Positions 30,617-48,145 of a stretch of DNA of 64,000 nt are shown piece by piece (position 1 is the stretch's first letter; every line of letters starts with the position of its first letter). The translations under genes were made by a program, and so were the position numbers. The notes beneath the pieces were generated by a model. It was not told where the DNA came from. It saw only the letters and a list, made by a program, of their open reading frames with translations, and made no database searches. Origin of the DNA: the human T2T-CHM13v2.0 reference genome, Homo sapiens; the NCBI RefSeq assembly GCF_009914755.1, contig NC_060929.1; one strand, 5' to 3'.

Positions 30617-30795
30617 TATTGTAAATGAGATTGAGTTCTTGATTTTGTTCTCAGCTTGAATATTATTGCTATATAGAAATACTACTGACTATTGGACATT
30701 GACTTTGTATTCTGAAACTTTATTGCAGTCTTTTGCCAAGTCTAGGAGTCTTTTAGAGTCTTTAGGGTTTTCTTTGTATAAGACCATGCCATCTC
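29560..30795 (-). mobile_element. L1 ORF2 fragment (antisense) containing a (TG)n
   Basis: ORF 29696-29983 translates to the L1 ORF2-like [34 protein letters not shown]. Confidence 0.85.
30568..30614 (+). repeat. (TG)n microsatellite
   Basis: Uninterrupted TG run of about 23 units. Confidence 0.95.
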
Positions 30796-33180
30796 TTAAT
30801 GTAACTTCTATCCCAACTTTTGTGGTAATTTTTTTCTTGCATTTTTCATAATTTTATTTTCTAATTTGTTTATCCAGAAATACCATTTAGTTCTGTTTGG
30901 TATTAGACTTGAAAACAGTGCAAATTTTCTTTCTTAATAAATAATGAAAATAAATTTCGTTTTTGAAATTCATCCATGTTTTTGCTTAGTTCATTCATTT
31001 TTACTGATGTATTGAGTAGTCTTAAGTTACCAATTTCATTTTTAATAGTTATGCTTTTTCCAAAAATTTTATAATAATTAGTAGTTTTATCATGACTATT
31101 CCTATATACATATTCATATAAATGCATAACCAAGAGTGCAATTGCTCATTTGGAGGGCATGCCATCTTTAGCACTATGACTATTAAATAAATTGTTTGCA
31201 TTGATTAAGAGAGTGATATTCCACATCATCACCAGGACTGTGGATTGTCAGACATTTTAAGTAACTGTGGCTCCCCATACAGGATAACTTGGTTAAACTT
31301 GCTATTCACTTGGCATCCCTAGCATTATATTATTGTCATCATAAGAATGGAACCCAAAGTTCTGGAGTTTTTAATCAATTATTAAACAACAATTAATCGA
31401 ATAGCGTGTAAGTTCCTAACCTTGTGCTAGCCGTTGTCCTACGTTTGTGATAAGAATAGATAAAGTGCCCTTCTACCTAGCAGTTTAGACAATAAACAAA
31501 GAGAAAAGAAATTAAATGTGTATTGTATGATAGCAGGTTAGTGATAATCACTAATAATCCAATGAGTTTATATGATACCAAAATATTGATTAGATCAGGA
31601 AATCACTGCTAAAGAGGAAACATTATTTATCAGTATGTTTATAACAGATGGAGCAATGAGTATAAAAGTCATGTGTTAGGGTATGCAAGATGATGATATA
31701 GAGCAGAGTAATCAAGGCAAAGGATAATGGTAGGTGGAGAAGCCAGCTTATAGTTCTGAGCAAGATTATATCTTTAGCTTTTATTAGGCATGTAAATGAA
31801 ATACTTTTGAGATTTTCAGCTGGAAAAATGAAACTAATGTGAAATGCATTATATTGCCAGAGATGACTTCCATTGCCTGGTGGGGAAGAGACTGGAGGAA
31901 GGATGGATAATGGCAGCACACAGATGCTGCTGAGAAGCTATTTTAGTAGTTCATGTAAGAGACAATTGTCAAATTTGCAATAAACTTCCAGGTGAAATGG
32001 AATTGACTTTCTAATGGCTTGGAATGGTGTATATAAAACAGCTGGTAATGACTCCATGTTTTGAAGCTTTAGAAAATAGATTAATAATGGCTCAAATTAC
32101 TGAGTGAAAAATTACTGGGAAAGAAGCAGGATTGGCAGGATGCAGATAAAGAATTCTCTTTTACTTACTAAGGTTGAGATGCCTATTTGATATTCAAGGC
32201 AGTCGCAAATGAGATGAGTGTTCAGGAATGAGATATCAGCTAAAGATATAAATTTTAGTCTTGTGCCCATATCTTAGCTGCAAGGAAGGATTTTATGAAC
32301 TGCTGGTGAGACTGTAAATCAGTGCAATCAACGTAGACAAAGAAATAAATGCATACACCATGTCATCTTGTAATAACTCCCAACCCCCAACACCTAAAGA
32401 AGAGACTGTGTGTTTAAGTTGGGAGTGTATTGTGGAGTAAGAATAAGAAACAGGATGGGTGCTATAGGGAGAGAGAGTAAAATCTAGAACACATTATTAA
32501 GTTAGGTGATGGAATACTATATGACCATTCACTGAAGTGAAACAACGGGGGAAATATGTATCCATCAGCTCTAGGAGTTCCATTTTTCAAGCATAGCCTC
32601 ATGGATGCTAACTTCTCGATGTGTCTAGACAGTGCATTTATGAGTAACAAGCAAAATGCCTACAACAATCCACACAACATTGTCTGAGAAATCCCACAGC
32701 AGAAAGTGAATTCTTGCTCTGGTCTGAAGCCACATACTATCACTTCCATCTTTATGAAACTGACCAAAGTCTACATAAAAATAGTAACCAAGGCTCTGAC
32801 TGGAACAAGAGGTAATGCTGAGAGGGTCTGCAGTGATGTAAGATCCAATACACCCTATGATTTTTAAATTTTGTTCCTGGGTTTATAGCCTAGAGAAACT
32901 CTGACATATATATGTGTATATATATATACATTCATATATATACACATTTAATATATATATACACACATACACATTCATAGCAGCTTTTTGTTGAAATAGC
33001 AAAAAATGAGAAAAAAACTAAATGGCAATATAATGAACAAAAGGGAGCTGTGTTTTGATATTTTTATATAGTACAATGCTAAACAGCATTTAAAATAATT
33101 GATAAGAATTATATGGGCCAACATAGATGGACATCATCAATGTCATATAAAACAAAATAAAGCAGAAGGTAGATAGACAC

Positions 33181-33469
33181 TTTTTTTTTGAGTCGGAGTT
33201 TTTGCTCTGTTGTCCAGGCTGGAGTGCAGTGGCGTGGTCTTGGCTCACCGCAACCTCCGCCTCCCGGGTTCAAGCAATTCTCCTGCCTCAGCCTCCTGAG
33301 TAGCTCGGATTACAGGCACCCTCCACCACGCCTGGCTAACTTTTGTATTTTTAGTAGAGACAGGGTTTCACCATGTCGGCCAGGCTGGTCTTGAACGCCT
33401 GACCTCAGGTGATCCACCCACTTAGGCCTCCCAAAGTGCTGGGATTACAGGCATGAACCACCACGCCCT
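33181..33469 (-). mobile_element. AluS
   Basis: Antisense Alu dimer; gatagacac flanks both sides. Confidence 0.9.
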
Positions 33470-33925
33470 GATGATAGACACGTTTTTAACTTCTAAAAAT
33501 ATATGATCATGATTGTGTCTGTGGAGACTTGCACATATACTAAATTTTAAACAATTAGAGATATTTGTTCATTACCACATTTTGGGAGTCATTATTTCCT
33601 CTATGAAGAGAGAAAGGAATTTGATACAAGTTCACAGGGGCTTCCAGTAGATTGAGACTTTTATTTCTAGCTGAGCTGCTGATGTATGAATTTTTTTTGT
33701 TATTATGACTTTCATATGTATTAAAAATAAAATGAAAAAACAAGGATTAGGTGAGGAACCTATACGTCTCTAATATGCAAAATACCACAGAAATAATGAC
33801 TGTTGGGAAATTAGGCCTTAGCTCTGATGTTTGAACCATCCCCTCAATGTTTCCCAGTGCTTCTTAGAGTATTTTGATCACCTCTGTGTTGGTGCTTTAG
33901 AACTAGAGAAGAACGTTTTGTTAAC

Positions 33926-34201
<276 letters not shown>

Positions 34202-34211
34202 TTTTGTTAAC

Positions 34212-34577
34212 TTTTAGTTTAAGTTCAGGAGTACACGTGCAGGTTTGTTATACAGGTAAACTCGTGTCATGGGGATTTGTTGTACAGGTTATGTTGTCAC
34301 CCGGGTATTAAGCTTAGTACCCATTAGTTACTTTTCCTGAACCTCTCCCTTTTCCCACCCGCTACTCTCAGGTAGGTCCGAGTGTGTGGTGTTCTCCTCT
34401 ATGAGTCCATGTGTTCTTATCACTTGGCTCACATTTATAAATAAGAACATGCTGCATTTGTTTTTCTGTTCCTGCGTTAGTGGGAGCTGAGGATGGGTGG
34501 AGCTGAGGATAATGGTCTCCAGCTCCACCCATGTTCCTGCAAAGGACATGATCTTGTTCTTTTGTATGGATGAATAC
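34212..34577 (-). mobile_element. Older L1PA 3' UTR fragment
   Basis: gtacacgtgcaggtttgttatacaggtaaactcgtgtcatgggg; tgcaaaggacatgatcttgttc. Confidence 0.8.
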
Positions 34578-34657
34578 TATAAAGTCTTCCAAACTGTTTT
34601 GGTTTTGGTTTGTTTTCTTTCTTGAGAAAGGAAAGACAAAACAGAAATAAAAGAGTA

Positions 34658-34960
34658 GGCCGAGCGGGGTGGCTCACGCCTGTAATCCCAGCACTTTAGG
34701 AGGCTGAGGCAGATGGATCACTAGGGGTCAGGAGTTTGAGACCAGCCTGAACAACATGGTGAAATCCCGTCTCCACTGAAAATACAAAAAATCAGTCAGG
34801 CATGGTGGCACATGCCTGTAATTCCAGCTACTAGGGAGGCTGAGGCAGGAGAATCGCTTGAATCTGGGAGGCAATGGGTTGCAGGGTGTGCTGGGATGGC
34901 ACCACAGCCTGGGTGAAAGAGTGAGACTCTGTCTCAAAAAAAAAATAATAAAATAAAAAA
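34658..34960 (+). mobile_element. AluS
   Basis: ggccgagcggggtggctcacgcctgtaatcc...A-tail. Confidence 0.9.
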
Positions 34961-35642
34961 GGGAGAGAGAAAGAGTACCAATGTATGGCAGAAATCAAGA
35001 GAAGAGTTTGCTTTTTTGAATAACTACACCCTGGACATTAGTTTCAAGAAACCGTCTGCTGGAAATATAACTATATGTTTAAGTTGATGGATCATTATTA
35101 CACGTAGCAGAAAGAAAGTCACTCCTTGCTAGAAAGCCCTGTGTAGGTCATTAGGCATCACAGTGTGGAGTTATCTAAGCAAGCACCAAGGTAGGATATC
35201 TGAATAACTGATTTATTTCCATGTTTACTGACAATATTCATTGCAACAAGTCAGTAGAGAAACAGTAAAGAGGGCAGGCATGGCTATGCTTCTATAGAAT
35301 CTAGTGAAGAGGAGATAATTTCAAATAACCCAAGAAGGTAAATGAGTAGTCAAATTTTCAAAAGGACTATTAACTCACAAACAGGAAACTATAATAGAAA
35401 ATAGTTGGTTGAAGGCAGAATGCCCAGTTCAGAAAAGATTCCTCTGAAAAGCAATATATAAGCATAGACTTCGAGGATGAAGAGTCACTCATTTTGAAAG
35501 AGCAGATGAAGAAAGTTTCAGGACAAAGAAACAGCCATCTGCAAAGACCTCAACAAAGATATCACACAGAAAATGCTGTATTTAATCTGTTGCTAGACAA
35601 AAGTGAGCTACGGATCACATGGTCTTGGATGAGGGAGACAGC

Positions 35643-35997
35643 TGATATAGTTTGGATGTCCCGCCCAAATCTCATGTTGAAACCAGATCCCCAGTGCTGA
35701 AGGTGGAGCTTGGTGGGAAGTGTTTGGATCATGAGGTCGAATCCTTCGTGACTTGGTGCTGTCTCCATGGTAGTGCACCTACCCCAACATACTCTCTCTC
35801 TCTTGTTCCTGCTTTCACCATGTGAAGTGCCTGCTCCTGCTTTGCCTTCTGTCATGAGTAAAAGCTCCCTGAGGCCTCTCCAGAAGAAGATGCCACTGTG
35901 CTTCCTGTACAGCCTGCAGGACTGTGAGTCAATTAAACATTTTTATAATATCCAGTCTCAGATATTTCTTCATAGCAATACAAGAACAGCCTAATAT
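35643..35997 (+). mobile_element. MSTB-type solo LTR
   Basis: tgatatagtttggatgtccc.cccaaatctcatgttgaa...catagcaatacaagaacagcctaata. Confidence 0.8.
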
Positions 35998-36037
35998 AAC
36001 AGATAAGCAGGGACTAAAGTCATCAAAATTAGAATTG

Positions 36038-36091
36038 TGCATTTAATTTTGATTGCATTTAATTTTGATTGCATTTAATTTTGATTGCATT
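36038..36091 (+). repeat. Perfect tandem repeat, ~3.4 x 16 bp (TGCATTTAATTTTGAT)
   Basis: Identical units at 36038, 36054 and 36070. Confidence 0.9.
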
Positions 36092-36764
36092 GAAAAGGCA
36101 GATGCTTTGAGGCTAGAATGAGGTAATAACTGTTTTGTTTTGTTTTGTTTTGTTTTGTTTGCTCTTAACAAATTAGTGTGACTTCAGTCCATAGTAAATT
36201 GGAGAGGAACTGGTAGAACATAAAAGAACTGGTAAAAAGCCATTGTAAACACTCAAGTTTCAAAAACAATTTTGTGGTAAGGGCAAATCCTCAGGTCAAG
36301 AAAAGTGTGTTACTAAATTCTGTTAGTTTCCAGAAGAAAGATAAAGTCATATGACACAGATTTTACTCCTTACGTTAGAGAGTGTGCTAAGGATACCACC
36401 CACATTTTCCAACATTTATTTCCATCATGTTTTATGATCTTCATCTATATTCCATCCTCGTTATTTCTAGCAAGTCTATGAAATTTCTTACATTAATAGA
36501 AATAATGTATTAATATTCAGCAATGTGCTAAACATTGTTGAAACATTGTCTCAATATTACTCTTGGAAGAGCTCTAAGGTAGACAATATTTCCAATATAT
36601 GAGTCATGAGGAAACTGAGGAATGGAAAGATTAAACAACTTGTTGAGGGTAGCATAATTGTAAATGGTGAAGACATAATACAAATCCTAATATCTATGAC
36701 TCTAATGCTTTAAAAAATCATTATATACACTACGCTGTCTCTGATGTGTGAATCTACCCACTTC

Positions 36765-37540
36765 TAATTCATTATAACAAGTATTTGTTGCCAGGTAGCA
36801 TTCCGGGCTTTGGGGATACATCTTTGGAAAAGCTTACAGAAATCTCTGTCCTCAGGGAACTAATATTCTAGGGACTATACAATAAACAATAAGCAAAAAT
36901 GTAACATGTATAGTGTGTTAGACTGTAGTAAGTACAATGGCAAAAAATTAAGAATGGAGAATGTCTAAGGGGACAGATTGTTTGGAATTTGAATAAAGTG
37001 GCTATGGAAAACTTCACTGGGATAATGGCATCTGACCAAAAGCATGAGGAAGATATAGAACAAACCGTATCTGTTGCATGTTTAGTAATAACCAAGAAAA
37101 TACTGTACGTGAAGCTGAGTGAGAAAATTACATAGTGGAAGGAGGGAAGTCCATAGAAGAATTGGGGGCTTCATGTGGTGGAGCATCTATAAAGCATTGT
37201 GCAAGATTCTGACTTTTACAATGAATGAAACGAGAGATCAGAGTTTTACACAGAAAAAGGTAATAACCTGATACATGTTTTAAAGTGATTATACAAATTG
37301 CTCTTTTGAGGATGTACTGAAGGGTGCCTTACGCAGAATCAGAAACACCTGTTTGCTGGCCATTTCAATAACCTGGGCAATAAATGATGGTGGTTAGCAC
37401 CAGGATGCTAGTGGTGAAAGTAGCAAAAATGATCAGAATTGAGCTGCATTTTGAACATACAGTTAATAAGTTCTGTGGCATGACAGAAAAATGATTCCAT
37501 AATATTTCTATTGAGCAACCTTGTTGATGTGATATTCAAA
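36765..37540 (-). mobile_element. L2 fragment
   Basis: Degenerate L2 3' antisense motifs (ttcatt..acaagtatttgttgccagg, ggggataca, ctctgtcctcagggaact). Confidence 0.45.
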
Positions 37541-40500
37541 CTAAGTCCTAATATTAAACAATGTAGGAATTTCAATGAAAATATGACCAAAGGGAGAAAA
37601 TGGCTCCCAACCTACTGTAATTAAAGTTCCCTTCTGTTGTTTTAAAATGCTACTATGGATAGAGAAAACAAGATATGGATTTGGAAGAAAATTACCCACA
37701 GTCTAATTGTCAGATTTATTGACTTAAAAATGTTACATGGCAATAAAGTTGAAAGAAAAATAAGAAGAAATTCTAAAAGCCAGCATGTTAGATTTATTCC
37801 CTCCACAAAAAGAATTGCTAATATTTATAAAGTGAGATAATATGCCAAATACTTGTACTTGGCATAATTGCATTTTCTCAACAAATCCTATATAATCAAC
37901 ATTGTTTTATTTGTATATGTGTGAAAAATCATGACACCTGCAGTTTAAGTTACATTTGTATGAAACAGTCAATATGTGGCAGAGCCAGAATAAAGCCCAC
38001 GTTTAGATTAAAGGAATTCTCTTTCCATTGCACCCACCCGTATTGCCTGTGGAAACCCTAAACAAGCCATTTAAATTTGTTGGAATTCCGTTTTTCAACT
38101 TTTTAAAACCTCTTAAGAGTCCAGTCCTAAATCAAGTTAATGTTTAAATTCTTCACTTATGCTTAGTATGTACATTATTCCAAAATGTGAATTGGTCCCA
38201 AGTATCATATTCATTCTAACAGAGGACATTAAAAGTTTAAAAGATATCTGTTATATGGCTGAACTGATTATATTTTATCGGAAAGTGAAAGGAACTACTC
38301 AGCATATTTCTAATGAGTATACAGAGGAAAAGTACTTTGCCTCATTTAATTTTGTAAAATCTCTCTCTGGCACATAATTCACAGTCTTTTTTTGCCCACA
38401 GGAATAGTGAGGCAGATATGTATTAATTCATGTCATAATACAAGAATAGGTAGCGATAAAACACTGGCATTTTCCAAATTGCCAGTATAAAGAATTGCCA
38501 GAAGAACATGGGTATTAGCTTCAGATTCGCCAAGGGGTTAACATTTATGTTATCTGTTAAATATGAATTATGTATTAACTTCTCATATTTCATATATAAA
38601 ACTTTATGCTTTGGTCCTGTTCCTCGGGATGACCTTGATGTAATCAGAAATAATAGTGTTCTTTACCAAAGACATTAATCAATAACTTTATAATACGAAG
38701 CACTATGAATATTTAATGGCTTCAGCTTGAATAATTCAAATCCCGTATTACTAAAAAATAAAGTCAGTTGAGTGACTGAGAGTTCCATATTCCACAATTC
38801 CTACTCTGCTTACTACCTATTCTATTTACTATTCTCTTCACTATTTGAGAAGGGTATGGAGTTGTGTATGTTGCAAACATCACGTAACTTTTGTTCGACT
38901 TTCTTGAACACGTCATATTATTTTTTTTAGTTCATTTTCTGAATATAAGTAATTTTTGGTGAATTAATACTTTAAACAAGAGTTCACCTGGAAAGCAGTA
39001 GGCAAAATTTCATTAAAAATATTATTTTATTAACATACCTTAAAAATGTAATAGGACAATGCCTCAAAGAACAATTTCAAAATAAAAACACAGAAAACAA
39101 ATGACCAGCAAAATTGCTCTGAAGTCTTAAAAACAGAAATAAATACTTCAATAATCATAGGTAATATGGAAATCCAATGTATGACTTACCTATAGAAAAC
39201 CCTTCTGGAATTTCATTTAAATCTAACGTCAATATGAGCTATGTAGGAAGTCCATTAATAAATAAGAATATTATATAGGTACACATGTATATATTAATTT
39301 TAAGCCATATGCAGCCCTATTTGAAAATGTTAAAAAAAATCATCAGGATTAGTCCATACTGATTATTAAAAAATAAAATTGTCATTGCTCATTGTAGAAG
39401 ATAAATGTCAGCTGTGCAGCAGATGTGTTTATAGCCACCCAGTAATCCTATCGCCTCAATAATGCATTTCCCTTTTTTTAGTTAAAAACTTAATTACATT
39501 AAGAAACTGTATGTGTTTAGGAATATGAATATAGAAGGAGTAATCATCGTTTAGTAAAATAAGTTTTACTTGCATATTAAAATTTACTGTGTTTGTGAAG
39601 ATGCTGATAGTACATTACATATGGAGATCCAAGTGCACATAGTCACTAATTCTTTAAACTATGTTTGATATTAGTAATAATTTACTTTACATATATATCG
39701 GAATTTAATTGAAAAATAGTAAATGACTGCTAATATACATTATTCTTCTGAGTTGCATTTTTGCTTAATGAAATAGAATTTTTAAAAAAATTGTTTATCT
39801 TTATTCCTACTAGATTATACATTTCATGAGAAAAGCATTATCTCTTTATTAGTATATTTGTTTACCTATATTAGAACTTGACTTTGAAATAAACCAGATA
39901 TAATACCATTGTTGTAGATGTATTTATTGTAGTAAAAATAATATTCTGCATCTGAGTTTTGAGCAAGGAGATTTTACAGTCTCCTTTCAGTTAGAAAACT
40001 ACAAGACCCTCTTAACTGATGTTGGAAATGTAAGTAAAGAAGATAAAAATTAAAATGATAAAGAAAAGCATTTGGGGTATAGTAGCACTGTGCTTCCCAA
40101 GAGAATGAGTTGTTAAGTGCTCACTCCGCATTTTTCAGTAACATATACTTAAAGTAAGCACACAGGGGCTACAGACGCTATTTTTTGGTTCAACATGACC
40201 TGAGCAGTTAATTATTTGTAAAGGGAAGAAGCAAGAATAGGCTCAGGGAGGGAGACAGAGAAAGACTGGGTGGGGCGGGGAGGGAGGGAGAGTTTCACCT
40301 GTATCTAAAACAGATCAGAAGCAATTTCTTCCTCCAACTCCTCACTTGTCTATTTCTACTAATAAAGAGCAAAACCAGACAAAATAGATTATTGTGTCAT
40401 TTTTGTTTTCTTATTTTGTAATACACAGAAAAACTCAAGCTGGAGACGGAAATGAACAGATGCACATGGCTGGAAAGACTCAGTGCTAATCTCTACAATG

Positions 40501-42358
40501 TTGTTTTAATAGAATGGAGACAGGACCACATACTTTCTTACAATAATGAGGATCAATAAAGACAAAACTGACACTTTGTAATGAATAATGATCTGAACAC
40601 TCACCTGAGAAAGTATCTCTTTGTTGCAGGTTTTTGGAAATGGGCTATATTTTTTGAATCATAACCGATATGTACTGCCATAAACAAGAGGATTTCAAGC
40701 CAGCTCCATCTGGTCGAAAATTATTTTATTTATTACTAAGAGAAAAGTGTAAGACAAGTCCTGTGGTAAAAACAGATTTATTGCCTCTGCTATTCACCTG
40801 TGTTATTTCTTCATATATTACCATTGACATATATTATCCATTCTTCACAGCAATGGCTTTGCCGTGGCAAATTAAATATCTCATTGTCCTTCTCTGTCCA
40901 TTTTACATTATAATGTTTCTGAGCAGACTTTTATAGCTCTCTCACAGAATTATAGCAAGTCTTTAAATAAAAACAAAATTGAAACAAAAATTTTAGACTC
41001 AACTTAAAATCCCTCTTTATTTTATAATTTGGATTTTTAAGTAAAATATGCTATATCCTATTTAACGAGAACTTTCATATGTAATGTATCAATGGAATTA
41101 TCTAAAGCTCATTTGGTTTTGCATAAAAACACAATTAGAGTAAAAACATTCTAAAATAGACACTGGAATAAAAACAATGAAAGCAAAACTATTAATTTTA
41201 CATTTTTCATTCAAGTATTTTGATTTTTACTATATTATATTATTATATTAGGTATCAGAGTAATCATTGATCGCTTTCAAAACCCTGCTCCTTTCTAGGT
41301 GCAATGAAGAATTTTTATTTTATTGAAAAGTTATCTTAAGATGTAAGACTTGTGAATGATAGTAAAGATTTAGTAGACCCAATGTATTCTCAGATAAATG
41401 TAAAATAAGCAAGATATGAATTAAAGGATAAATATAGAGTTTAACAGCATAGATCTTAAAATCCATTATCATAAGGTAGAAGGATGTATAATTTATCATG
41501 ATTAAAATATACTAAATATTCATATCACAGCATTCTGATTTCTGATATCTACAATTTAGGTGACATATATACATATGTGTGTATATATATATAACTGTAT
41601 TATTTGATATTTTAAAAGATAAAAGAGTTATATATTCAAATACCAGTATAGATGTTGCTCTGAAAGTATTGTTAGATGAGATTAACATGAAAATCAGTAA
41701 TTTCTGAGAAAAGCAGATTATTTTCCAAAATATTGTAGGGCTCATCCAGTCAATTGATTATATTAAAAGACTGAGATCCCTCAAGGAAATAATTCTGCCT
41801 GCAGATTGCCTTTCGACTTGAGACTGTAACATCAACTTTTCTCTAGGTCTCTTGCTTGCTAGCCTACCCTGCCAATTTTTTATACATTAAAAAATATTTT
41901 TCTCAAATATTGTAGTTCTGCTATTTCCAGAAACGCTTGAGGATTGTACTTCCAAGTTCTTTTAAAGTTGATCATCGTCATGAAACTCATCATCAAATGG
42001 CATTTGAGCAAAATCTTTATTAATTAAACATGAGTGGAAGTTTAAAGGCCAAAGCACAACTCACTCAGGCATTGTGAACTATGTGTGCAGACAGATCACA
42101 ACTCATCCTTGGTCTCTGGGTGTGTCTGCGTCTATTACTGACTTACCCTGGATATGTAAAATGAGTAAGAAAAACTTTTTGTGTTAGCCACTGGGATTTT
42201 TGGTTTGTGTATTACTTTAGCATATTATCTCATTTTGAATGCTATAGTTTAGGACACTAGTTTAAACTACTGAAGTTAAAATGTTCTCCTTATTTCAGAG
42301 GAGAGAAGGATCTTACAGTGACAGACATCCATTAGTAAGAATTAATTTCTAGAGATAA

Positions 42359-42868
<510 letters not shown>

Positions 42869-43308
42869 TGAGCCACTGCACTGAGCCTACAGCTCATTTC
42901 TTAACACATAAAGCTTTGCACCTCTCCACAAAACTGCCATCAGGGATGTCCCCAGAAACCATTCATCCCAGGTGCCACGCAGAGAAGAGTTTCTTGTTCT
43001 CCTTTTCCCTTTACCTCTTCCCTCTCACCTCATCATGTTCATTCATTCATCCCTTTTCCATTCTCACTTTTAAGCTTTAACCTTTCAAAAGCCTATCTTC
43101 CCCTATAAGTAATGTATTGTAACTCCCGCCATCACCATATCCTTCTCCAACCAACCAAACTGCCATCCTGAGTTTATGGAAAGTCCATAAACTAAGAAGA
43201 AATGGGAAACATTCATTGCTAACTTGGCAGCCCCTCATCCACCCTACGTGAGAGCACAGATCTTATTGTCTTTGAAGACCCTTTTTTTTTTTTTTTTTTT
43301 TTTTTTGA

Positions 43309-43491
<183 letters not shown>

Positions 43492-43766
43492 TAGCCAGGA
43501 TGGTCTCGATCTCCTGACCTCGTGATCTGCCTGCCTCGGCCTCCCAAAGTGCTGGGATTACAGGCATGAGCCACCGTGCCCAGCTCCTTTTTTTTTTTTA
43601 AAGACAGGTCTCACTCTGCTGCCCAGGCTCAAGTGCAGTGGTGTAATCATGGCTTACTGCAGCCTCCAACTCCTGTGCTCAGGCTATCCGCCTGCCTCAG
43701 CCTCCCAAGCAGCTAGGACTACAGGCACACACCACCACACCTAGCTAATCTGTTTAGTTTTTGTAG

Positions 43767-43892
<126 letters not shown>

Positions 43893-44245
43893 TAAATGCT
43901 GCCATATTGAAGACGCATTGAAACTCACCTGTATTCGATGAGCCTGCTTTTCGCAAATGAGTAACATAAAACAGACTGAAATACCTTAAGCTTCTCAGCC
44001 TTTTACCCTCCTCTGGAATAATGAGTGTATCCCAAAAGTAAATCCATAATGAGGTCCAGTTTTTCCTTCATCCTTGGCTATGAAATAGACAAGAAAAAGG
44101 CAAGCTAGCCATTTCCATCTCACTATAGCAGACTCTCATGTTTGCTTTTTGACCGTACGTGGGAAGCGGGGGCCTGACTGCTTTCCTACTTCCTAAGCAC
44201 AACTTACTTTTCCTAGGAAATTCTCAACACAACCTACATGGATTA

Positions 44246-45052
<807 letters not shown>

Positions 45053-45975
45053 TTATAAATATAAACTGATACTCAATTTTTCTTACTTTTCCGTCTCTGT
45101 CTGCTGATACAGTCTTAAGGCTGAACTACACTAGAAGGAAAAATATGTCTTTAGGTCAGGCGCGCTGGCTCATGTCTGTCATCCAAGCACTTTGGGAGAC
45201 CGAGGTGGGAGGACTGCTTGAGCCTAGGAGTTCAAGACTAGCCTACAAAAAGTACAAAAGTTAGCCAAGCATGGAGGCACACACCTGTGGTCCCAGCTAC
45301 TTGGGAGGCTGAGGTGGGAGGACTGCTTCAGTCCCGGAGGTCAAAGCTGTGGTTTGCACCACTACACTCCAGCCTGGGTGACAGAACAAGACCCTATCTC
45401 ATGAATGAATGAATGAATGTAAAATGAAATTAAACTAAACCAGGCTGGGCATGGTAGCTCAGGTCTGTAATCCCAGCACTTTGGGAGGTCGAGGCAGGAG
45501 GATCACTTGAGCTCAGGAGTTCAAGATCAGCCTAGGCAACACAGTAAAACCCAGTCTCTAAAAAAAGGCTAAATATTCGCTAGGTGTAGTGGCGCATGAC
45601 TGTGGCTCCAGCTACTTGGGGGGCCGAGGAGGAAGGATCACTTGAGCCCAGGAGGTTGAGCAGTGAGCTGTGATTACGCCACTGCACTCCAGCCTGGGCA
45701 ACAGAGTAAGGCTGTCTCAAAAAAAAATTTTTTTTAATTAAACCAAATAAATTCAGTTATCCTAGTCATATATCAAGACCTCAATAGCCACATGTAGCTA
45801 GTGGCTACCATTTCAGACAGTGCAGACATGGGGCATTTCCATCATTGCAAAGGTTCTTTTTTGAAACAAGGTCTCACTCTGTCACCCAGGTGGGAGTACA
45901 GTGGTGCAATTATGGCGGACTGCAGCCTTGACCTACTGGGCTCAAACAGTCCTCCTACCTCAGCCTCCCAAGTAG

Positions 45976-46248
<273 letters not shown>

Positions 46249-46502
46249 TGATCCACCCACCTCAGCCTCCCAAAGTGCTGGGATTACAGGCGTCAGCCAC
46301 TGCACCCAGCCACAACTCATCTTAAATATTTTGTAGAGATGGGGTCCATGTTGTGCAGACTGGTCTCAAACTCCTGGGCTCAAGAGATCCTCTGACCTCG
46401 GTCTCCCAAAGGGCTAGCATTCCAGGTGTGAGCCAGCACACCCAGCACTGCAGAGGTTCTATCAATGCTCACCTAGACCCTCTCGAGTTTCTTAAGAATT
46501 CA

Positions 46503-46798
<296 letters not shown>

Positions 46799-46888
46799 CT
46801 AAAAGGAGAAAGAATTCAGAGCTGGTTACCTTTTCAAAGAGAATGAACAAGGGTGCATATCCACAAATCACTTCCCCCTACTTGACTA

Positions 46889-47469
<581 letters not shown>

Positions 47470-47866
47470 TCACCCATGCCCTCAATAGGTATTATTTAGC
47501 ATGTACTGTGTCAGCTATTGCAGAGTACCTGGGAAACAACAATAAATAGGACTCCTGTCTCCTGAGCCCACAGTCCGATCAAAGAGAGAGCCAAAGAAAT
47601 AACAACGGTGCCTGGCGAGAATGTTGGGGGAGCCAGGTTCCGGCTGCAACAGGGCAGAGCACGGGGAAGGTTCCCTCCGCCTGGGGCAGGCAGGGTAAAC
47701 CTCCCCACAGAGGGGACAGCTATGAGGAGACTCAGATGCCAAATAGGAATCTTTTCAGCCACGTGTCGTGACTCATGCCTGTATTCCCAGTACTTTGGGA
47801 GTCCAAGACAGGAGGTGAAGACCAGCCTGATAGCGAGACTCATCTCTACAAAATATTTTAAAACTA

Positions 47867-48145
<279 letters not shown>

